From: Tubiluchus corallicola
Lineage: Eukaryota > Animalia > Priapulida
DNA length: 64,000 nucleotides
Assembly: GCA_030141605.1 (NCBI GenBank)
Contig: JAQGDQ010000082.1
Span: 631,419 to 695,418, forward strand
Direction of reading: 5' to 3'
Part shown: positions 55,071-64,000 of the stretch, in pieces
How the letters are laid out: the number at the start of each line of letters is the position of its first letter
Numbering within the stretch: position 1 is the first letter of the stretch
Notes under the pieces: generated by a model
The model's database searches: none
What the model was told of the DNA's origin: nothing
The model's input: the letters and a program-made list of their open reading frames with translations, nothing else
Translations under genes and position numbers: made by a program

Positions 55071-55449
55071 TTGTATGCGGGTGATTAATGGCTAAGCTTA
55101 CACCAATTTAGGTAATTTGTAATACGCTAAACAAACTGTGTTATTGGAAATGTTGTCATTTTATAGGAAAAAGCTATAGATATAGATCATTTTTTTCTCA
55201 CACTTGTTTCTAATACAGTAATTAACGAAAAGAACTAATGAACGCAGCCGAATGCAACGTGCTATTATGGGATATTTACACGTTGCCCTTATTTTTAAGA
55301 TTAATGAATATGCAGTAGTTGGATGTGAAAGAAGACAGTATTAACTTTTTATGTTAACAAACGATACTAATTTGTAAAAGTCTCTTTGAAACTAAAGATT
55401 TCCTATTAAACTGTAAAAATTATTACTGGTAATAAAGAATAAATCCTAA

Positions 55450-56430
55450 CAAAGTACACGTGCAAGGGAAGTAAAACGGTAAATTAAAGATGGTGAGCAT
55501 TCCAAACCTTGAAATTTATATTGCTATTAATTTTATTTCATCGGCACATGATAAAACAAGCTCAAATTTTGTCATACTTCATGTACCAATGGTAACTATC
55601 TGTGAATGGTCCTTTTTCAAATGCCTGTTGAAACTGTCAATTGATGATGCACTAATGGTTGATGATGAAAGATTATTCCCTGGCTGAACTATGTGATGTC
55701 CAAAGAAGTGTAATCTGATGTTGGTTATAGCTGGTTGTGCAAGTAACTTAGGCTCATGACCATGAAAAACTCTGTGAGGCCTGGAAAAAAGTTTATCTCT
55801 GTCAGAACAGTGTCTCCACCCTTTATTTTGAAGCAGTTAATAAAGTCTACAGTCTCACGCCATTACTCAAGAGTAGAAATCGATCTGGGATCCAAGTTAA
55901 TAGCAAGAGGAGTACATCTACTCTGAGTTCTTTCGAGAGCATTTTTGAGAGTAGCACACTGGGGTGACCAGTATTTTTTATCAGTTTATCGCCAGTGCAA
56001 TAATATTGATTCATAAGGCTTGCTCGCTGTGGTATTCTCCGTCTTGCCTTACCATTTTTGAATCATAGAAAACAGAAAACAATATACCCTGATGACAAAG
56101 AATCACGGACAATTAATATTACCTGTGCAGGTCCACAGAGATCAGCTCTTGAATATTACTATTGTTGATAATTCACATTAATGATCTTCCTTAATTCCTT
56201 TCCTTCAGCTTCTAATTTTCATACAACATTATTATTATTTTGCTGATGCCACTAACTTCTTTCTGGTGGACGATAATTTCTAAAACTTTGAACATACTGT
56301 TAATGCAGAATTTACTAAAATCATTAACTGGATGAAAGAAACTACTTGTCATTTAGCTAATACTAAATTTATGTGAATTACTAACCAGCAATGTAAATTT
56401 GACTTAGAAAATCTTGAAATTAAAATGAGT
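55450..56430 (+). mobile_element. Degenerate CR1/L2-like reverse-transcriptase remnant (right-arm copy)
   Basis: att acc tgt gca ggt cca cag aga tca (ITCAGPQRS, ~56118), att aat gat ctt cct (INDLP) and ttt gct gat gcc act aac (FADATN, ~56239). Confidence 0.65.
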
Positions 56431-57135
56431 AATAGTAAACATCATTCAGTAAACTGCTCAAACACAACATTTGGAATTATAACAATTAGTTGAGGCTAAT
56501 GTTCACTGAAATACAGCGTAGTCATACTGTGGAACATCCTTTTGCTAGACATCGTGTCAGGCTCACTGCTTACATTTCTCACATGCACGCACGCACGCGC
56601 CCACCCACACACACACACACATATCTAAGAGACAACTATTGAGGGAATATAATAATAATAATAAATGACCTTTTATTCTTATTTTACTAATATAACATTT
56701 ACATGTTCAATTAGACAGTTTATCAATTGCTTTAATTTTTTTTGTTTTTACCTTTTTGCTGTTCAGCTGTAGATCTCAACAGCTGCCTAAAGAGATATTA
56801 ATGAAGATACCCAAGATAGTTTTTCTCTGTTGTTAAACTGATCAGAAGCTCAGATAATTGTTGTAAAATTCATGTGATTGTAAGTTATTTAATTCATCAT
56901 GCACAAAGGCATTCACGTTTGTTTTTATTTTGCAATCTTACAATTCATACTAGTAATGATTAGCTTCGAACATTGCAGTTAGATTTTGATTATTATTATC
57001 CATGAGTGGTGATTTTATTTTATCAATATAATTTTAAAATCACACCATCATTTATTTGATCATAAAGTTTTCATAGCATGATTTGCATTTTCTTACTTTG
57101 CTTAATTTACAAATGTAGATCGATACTTTATATAC

Positions 57136-57471
57136 AAATTTGGGGGCCCTCAAACTTTAGTAATATTTGGTAAAAAATCTGTTTTTTTTCACTACAGTTG
57201 TGTTGAGGTATTAGCTAACTTGCTTTGAATAAATAGTAAAATAGTGGCACTTCGTAAAGAATAAATTTATTAACAAACAAAAGCTGGCTATTCTAGTTTA
57301 TTTAAATAATTTGCAATAAGTTTACCTCAAGCTATGTAAATGTGGCTAAACCATATCATGAGTAAAAATATGCAAAACGGGTGTTGGGTGCATTAGAGGG
57401 TGGCTCCGTCTGAAGGCCTCCCTCATAATGTCATTAGCCTAGGGGCGCCAAAAGATCATAATCTGGCCCTG
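57136..57471. mobile_element. MITE fragment (right-arm copy)
   Basis: Ends tcataatctggccctg; collinear with 33-334. Confidence 0.7.
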
Positions 57472-57894
57472 CATGTAGAGTTTCTTACTGGGTTGCTTAT
57501 AACGGATAATTTTTTTTTGTTTACTTTCAGCTTAGAAGATGATTTTATACAGACAGTATTCAAGTCGCATGAGATGTAGTGACTATTGTATAAATTTGCT
57601 ATTTGAGACATTTCTCGGAATTCGTTCAACTTATTTTGATCAGAAGTTTGACATTGGTGTTACGTTTGGTTTGACAAGCCTTGCAGAAACACGACACGAC
57701 TCTTGTTAACAATGTAACAGATAACGATGTTTCAGAACCAGCTAAGATGAGTCTTACAAGTGCCGAGACCATTGTATCCTATTTCACACTGAATGTTCTA
57801 TCCAGGACACTATGAAGTGCGCAACACTTGAAAAGGTAAATCTACAAACCGAGGGGCAAAGTAAAATGGAAATGCCCTCCCAAGCAGTACAGTG

Positions 57895-58641
57895 ATGAGG
57901 AAATTGACTGAAACAAAAACTCACAGTCAAGTATGTAAGAAAGAGCATGCGTGTGGATGCACAGCATTCAGTATGACGCAGCCTAAACAATTAACATTGC
58001 AGTGCAAGAAACATGCTGTTTTTCAAAAGAAAACTAGATCGCAAACATTGAACCATGCTAAACGAAAAATTAATTACAAAAAGCTAAAAACCTTGCTACA
58101 GCAACGAGAAGAAGTTAGCAAAGCAATTAAACCTCAAACAACTGAAGATTTGTTAGTTTTCCCAGAAGAACAAATTGACCCGGACACATCACTAGAAACA
58201 AATGTGCAGAAGCATTGGTGTCACATCTGCAGGAAGTACCTTTCAAGTTCTGCACAATTTCGATTTCACATGAACTCTCATTTGGGCATAAAACCTTGGG
58301 CCTGTGACATTTGTCCCAGGTCTTTTTCTGATCCAAGTACTTGGAGGAAGCACTGTGATAGTCACTTAAATGTGGGAAAATTCAAGTGCAAATTATGCAA
58401 GAAAGCTTTCAGTACCAAACAGTATCTGCACAGGCATCAACAAGTGCATGAGGAAAAGAAGTTTAGATGTCAGATTTGTGAACGCACGTTTCTTAGGAAG
58501 GCTGGACTACAAACGCATATGTTTATACATAGTGGCGAGAAACCCTTTGAATGTCCTACGTGTGGCACGCTGTTTCGCAGCAAATATACTCTGCAGGTTC
58601 ATAAGAGAGTGCATACCGGTGAACGACCCTTCAAGTGCCAG
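57895..58641 (+). CDS. C2H2 zinc-finger/AT-hook protein, right copy, first recognisable coding exon (fingers 1-5); start codon uncertain
   Basis: ATG at 57895; five C2H2 fingers; phase-0 donor CAG|GTATAC. Confidence 0.87.
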
Positions 58642-59335
58642 GTATACATGTACAATTTAAATAACTTGGTTATGCAGCAGTTGGGGGTTAGTCCTGTCTA
58701 CCACCTAACCTTGCCATCTTAAAATAACTTTGTTTGCTAGTGCTACAACTGTAATCTATATTTTCATCAAATCTGCTCAAGTCAGTACTTTTTGCCTTTA
58801 CACTCACCCACCATCAAGTTAGACAGGTAAAAATCAGATCTTTATTAGTCTATTTTTTATATAATTAGGTCAGTATACTAACAAACTTGAGCACTTGTCT
58901 TGTTTTTGTGTCTGCAGTATTTTCAAAATTTAGGTTTCTGCTCAAAGACTGCAAAATTTACGATTTTTGTAAAGTATTTACAACAGTAGAGCAGTTAGAT
59001 GCTAACCAGCATGTACTAAAACGTGTTTTCAGACCTGTTTGTGAGCTGTAAATATAGCACTATTAGCTTCTTTTCTTCTATTCTTTTAGCATCTATTTAA
59101 AAAATGTCTTTACAATTTTCCCTCAGAACATTTGGATTAAAATAGTAACAAAGTTGCACAATAATTGTGACAATTGTTCCTTAGAGTTTAGGAAATTGGA
59201 ATTAATTATATTTTAATATTTGTTAAATATGATTTATTGATTTACATTGTGGGAGGGTAGCTGGTCAGTAGCAATTTAAATTATTTTCAGCACATATATG
59301 CACTCCATTCTAAGAAATGTATTATTGTATTTCAG

Positions 59336-59615
59336 ATTTGTGGCCATGCATTTATTGACAGACCCAGTATGAAAAAACATGAGGCCATTCATACGAACAG
59401 CTGGCCTGTAAAATGCGATCAGTGTGGTAAAGGATTCCGTAATCGGACTGACCTCAATAAACACCATGTGACACACAGTGACATAAGAGCATATTCGTGC
59501 GAGGAATGTGGCTTCAGGCTTAAAACACGACAGAGTCTGCTTGCACACAAACGTACTCATACGAATTACAAGCCGTTTGTGTGTGACCAATGCCCTGCTG
59601 CGTTTCGAACCAAGT
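59336..59615 (+). CDS. C2H2 zinc-finger/AT-hook protein, right copy, middle coding exon (fingers 6-9)
   Basis: Splicing yields FKCQ|ICGHAFIDRPSMKKHEAIH and CDQCPAAFRTKY|NMEVHRRTH. Confidence 0.9.
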
Positions 59616-60295
59616 GTACGTATTGGTTTGTTATGTTTGTTTTTATATAGAAGGCCATCACAATCTTCTGACTGTGGGTAATTTCATTCAAATAAAGTAA
59701 TACCTAGCGGTTAAACCTTAGAAGACTGTTATAGCAGGGAGCGCATTTTTTAGTTTAACTTTGCAATTCACTAACTGAGAAAGCTTCATCTGTAATTTCA
59801 GTAGCTTTTACATGTGGATAAAAGGAACGAGTGTAACAGTACATGCCTAGAGACTGACGTTATGTAATGATAGACGTGCTTGGTAAATCTTGATAGATGG
59901 GGGCTGCTAGGATATTTGCTTTAGGGTGATTTTATCGCCTATACTGCTACTGACTATTTATCTCTATGCAGTGGGATAACTAGGATTACATATAACCAAG
60001 CTAATTGAGCATGGCTAAAACATGTCTGTTTAGAATCTGATCTTCAAGCATTATTCTTAATATTTAGCTAGATGCCAGTAGTGCCACAAACCATCAAAGT
60101 AATAGGTAATCATGCTGTTGTGTGCTAGATTTCAAATTGAAACTTGTCAAAGTCAGCGAATTGTACTTGTTTGAAATCAATCGCCCTGCAACCCGTTTTT
60201 TTCTTTGCAGGTAATTTTTTTAGTTTAGGCTTTAGAGGGTATCAAGCTTTTTTGGTTTGGCAGAATGAATCTAATTACTTATGCATGTCTTACAG

Positions 60296-62463
60296 ATAAT
60301 ATGGAAGTTCACAGAAGAACACATTCTGGTGAGCTACCCTTCGAGTGCCACCTATGTTTTCGCAGGTTTATGCAAACGGGTTACCTGAAGAAGCACATTG
60401 TACAAGTTCACGAGAATCGACGACCTTTCAAATGTTTTGTTTGTGAAAAAGCTTTCAAACGCTTTCCTCATCTTAGGCATCACATGGAAAGTTTACACAC
60501 TCATGTAACAAGCTCCGGAAATATTCCATTCCGGGTTTTGAAGTCGCGCGAACGACAAGCGGAAAATGGTGGCAGCAGCTGTGACGATGTTAAGAGTGAA
60601 ACGGATCCTGAAGCAGTTTCTTCAAAAGAATGCACTGGAAACTATAATGGTAATGGTGCCATTGTTTTCCACGACATTAGGCCTAATGAACAGTGTTTTC
60701 AGAATAAGGACGGTGAAAGACAGACGGAAATTGTTGCTGCTGCGAAAGGATGTCCAGGACAAAAACGTGAGAGTAGAGGCTTCGAGGTGAACATTGTCAA
60801 CAACAGGGGTCAAGCAACTGTTGTTTGCAAGAAAACTCGTGTACATGGTGCTCCTTTGATGTTTATGCCGCCAAAATCGCTGTACGAATCCAAGTTCATT
60901 AAGAAAGTGACAGTTGACGAAAAAGGTGATATAGTTTGGACTAGTGTTGCTACGAACTATAAAAAACCAACAGGAAAACCGACTCGTGGTAGGTGCGTCC
61001 ATAGGCATAAAAAGAATTCTTACGAATATGATCCTTCTTATGGACCCACTGAAGGCATAAAGAGAAACGAACTGCGACACTCGCAGAAACTGAGGAGCCA
61101 CAAAGAGACGATCAAAACTGTATCTTTTCCCAGTACCGTTTCATGTTCTTCCCCCGCACAAGTGAACCATATTAAGCTGGAAAATGTCTTCAGTTATCAT
61201 GATTATGGGCTTAACAGTGTCGCTGACGTTTCAGATTTATTGAATGGCAATGTGCAATCAGAATCAGTTCCGTCCGTAGCGCTAGAGAATGTGACTGATG
61301 CAATATGTAGCAAGTACTATTCACCTTTGGATAGCTTGGCACTTCCTGTGATAACAAAAGATGAACTCCACGATTTTGCCTTAAAAACACTAAATGTTAA
61401 TTCTGCCACTGTTTGTAACTCCTCCGCAAGTGTTGCATTACAGAACAGTCAGGAAAGTGATAAATGTGTTCCCGAGGCATCTGCACATCACACTTCTTTG
61501 CAAGTTTATTCGCCTCTTTCAAGGAGGTTACCTGAATGTGGCCTATCGAATGCTAGTCCTCCACCAAGATTGTTGTTTCAAAAAAATATCAAAGTTTTAT
61601 TACAGAATAAGGGTCGGAAGCAATGTGGCAAACACTCAAATAAAATGTTGACAAAAGAGCGAAATAATGGTCAATGGACATCACAGTTAAGTGGCAGTAG
61701 ATTCAGTGGTGATCTTAAGCTGAAGTTTGTCAGGAAACGAAAAAATGTGAAATTGAAATCATGTGCAATAGATAAAACTTGTAAGAAAAACGACATAAAC
61801 ACAAAGAAATCGATGAAACGTCTCAAACAACCAAAGGTGCTTAGCAAGCCTAATGACCGCCATAAGACTAAAAAATCGCTTAAGACCATCTCTAAAAAGC
61901 CTTTGACAAAAGCAGGTGGAAAGAAAAAAGTGTGTGATAACAGTTCTGTGATGACTGAACTAGTACCGAACAGCAGAGTTAGCCCAGGGAGTAAGTTACC
62001 TAAAACCAACTCTAGAAAACCTGTGACAAAAGGAGGTAGAGAGAAAAAAGTGTGTGATAATTCTGTGACAGCTGAACAAGTACAGAAAAGAAGAGGTAGA
62101 CCAAGAAAGAAAAGTAAAACTGTTGCTCCGACAATGGAAGCAGTCAAGGAAAAGAATGAAAATGACAGGATGCATGCTGTACTTATTTATACTGATGAGA
62201 AACATGACGCTATTGCTGATTCCGGAGTAAAAAGTACCGCTGACTTGGAACATAGTGAGAAAATATACACAAAAACCCCAGATGTGAATGTCATGGAGTT
62301 TGATTACTTACCATTGGAAGACACGTGGGAAATCAAATCCGAATATAACTTGTGTGATACAAATAATAGTGATGTGATTTCAAGCACTTTAGAAGTTGGT
62401 ATGTCACCAACGGCTGTGCATGGTGACGACAACTGTACTCTTTCAATACATACAAATTCATAA
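60296..62463 (+). CDS. C2H2 zinc-finger/AT-hook protein, right copy, last coding exon; full product ~1064 aa with 11 fingers
   Basis: Long ORF with fingers 10-11, a basic region, the AT-hook KRRGRPRKK (~62086-62112), an acidic tail and TAA ending at 62463. Exon lengths 747+280+2168 = 3195 nt. Confidence 0.92.
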
Positions 62464-64000
62464 CAAAATGAAATAGATTGCAAAGTTCTGCTACAAAGCA
62501 CTACACTGAACTGTAGATGTAATTCACATTAATAACTGAAAATATCCAGTTCTCATAGTTAACCCACATTGCCATACCCATGCTTACATTCCTAGAATTC
62601 TGTTACCAAGATGTTTCTTCCTACATGTATTATTTATCTATATTGACCAAACTTTGGGAATAATGGCTTAATAGTAGCAACCACCTCAATATCCAAGCTA
62701 TCCACAAAAGTAATTAACTTGAATATACATGTACAATTAAACATGTTAATTGAGGCAACTTCAGAACCTGTTGAAAAGTACAAAAATTGAAAGTACTGGT
62801 GAAATGAATGATTTCGCGGCATTATAGATGATGATGATGATTTTTAATTTATCGTCAAAGAAATTGTTAAATCCATTAATGACAATATTTAATACTTTCA
62901 AAATATGTGTATGTTGTTAATACAGTTGAAATGAGCATTGTAGTGATGGAATCATGGAAACAATTGTTTATGTATCACTAATAAAAGCAAACTCTGCCTG
63001 TGAACTGAACTAGCCTGTAATGGCTGCTAGCTAAATTTGCCTTAGAAGTGAAAAACTACCTGGCCAATGGTCATTTAATAAAAATTTGTGCGACGTGATG
63101 AGATAATTATTACTTTTAAGGGTACATTTAATTTTATACTAATTGGTTACAATACTTAAGTTTTGTTTCATTATATAATTTCACGTTTCTTACACTTTTG
63201 GTACACAGTTACCATTATACTGTTATCATTCAAGCCAATCATTATAGGAGTTATGATAAAAATTACCTTACTTGGTACCATCCAGCATTTTAGCTGCTAA
63301 AAAAATTTGTTTGATTTGTTGTGTACCTGCCAAAATACCATTAGTGACACAAAGTCAATTTGGTTTTTGTTCTTTGGCTCCTTGGTCGTGCAAGTCACAT
63401 GCCTTGCAGCTTTATATCAACGTATGAGGGTTTGGAGTCTTAAATTTGACTTTAAATTTATTACCATTTCCTATATTCGACTGTTTTGAACAGCCAGGTA
63501 CATTCATACTTTTGTTTGTGCAATTTACATTTTATTAATAGTTATAGTTTAAGTTATGTGGTTATAAAATTTTTATGTTCAGACAAAAATGTTATAAAAT
63601 GGGGATCCATTCTGTGATTTAGAAGAACAGACGAGGTCTGTTCTATTCTACTCGTGATAACCAAAAAAAATCAGGCAGCTTGTTCACTGACAGTTACGGT
63701 CAAAAAACAATTACCAAGTATGCTCTGGTCTTTCGTATATGTACGTTGAACAGTCGAGGTTCTACTGTATCATAATCAGCAATAACGAAGGCAAATATTT
63801 TTGTTATAGTGATTTAATAAACGAAATAATTTTTTATTTTAAATTACAATACATTTTGCTTAGTTGATTGTGTTTTGATACACCAATTAATAAAAATTAA
63901 AATCCCACAAAATCAGAAAAAATCCAATTTCAAACTACACCACTGTAGTTTACTTTAGTTGAAAGAATTGTGGAATTCATTAAGAATTGAACTTGTGTTA

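Larger units (their letters stand above)
55071..64000. repeat. Right arm of the large inverted duplication (runs off the window)
   Basis: Reverse complement of 45584-54443. Confidence 0.97.

Noticed and set aside
56767-56879. Candidate coding exon with a 36-bp indel between arms
   Set aside because: All three frames contain stops, so it can only be a UTR exon; the multiple-of-three length may be chance.

Overview
AT-rich, intron-containing animal genomic DNA; the style would fit an invertebrate chordate such as a tunicate, but that is inference only. Bases 1-35 kb are mostly intron and 5' region of a minus-strand USP53/USP54-family deubiquitinase gene. Only its first coding exon (17922-18041) was found, and the surrounding DNA is rich in CAGGTG/CACCTG E-boxes. 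A complete 4-exon SAP30BP gene lies at 38699-44639 (+) and needs one GC-AG intron. From 45584 to the window end the sequence is one large palindrome, with arms of at least 8.9 kb and a unique spacer of about 630 bp. The arms carry two head-to-head copies of an 11-finger C2H2 zinc-finger gene with a C-terminal AT-hook. The arms are nearly identical over the gene and its 3' flank but clearly diverged near the spacer. One small divergent island in the last exon gives the left copy an in-frame TAG just before the AT-hook. Other elements: a Penelope-type inverted repeat with hammerhead-ribozyme cores, CR1/L2-like LINE remnants, MITEs and short tandem duplications. All counts and identities are by eye.
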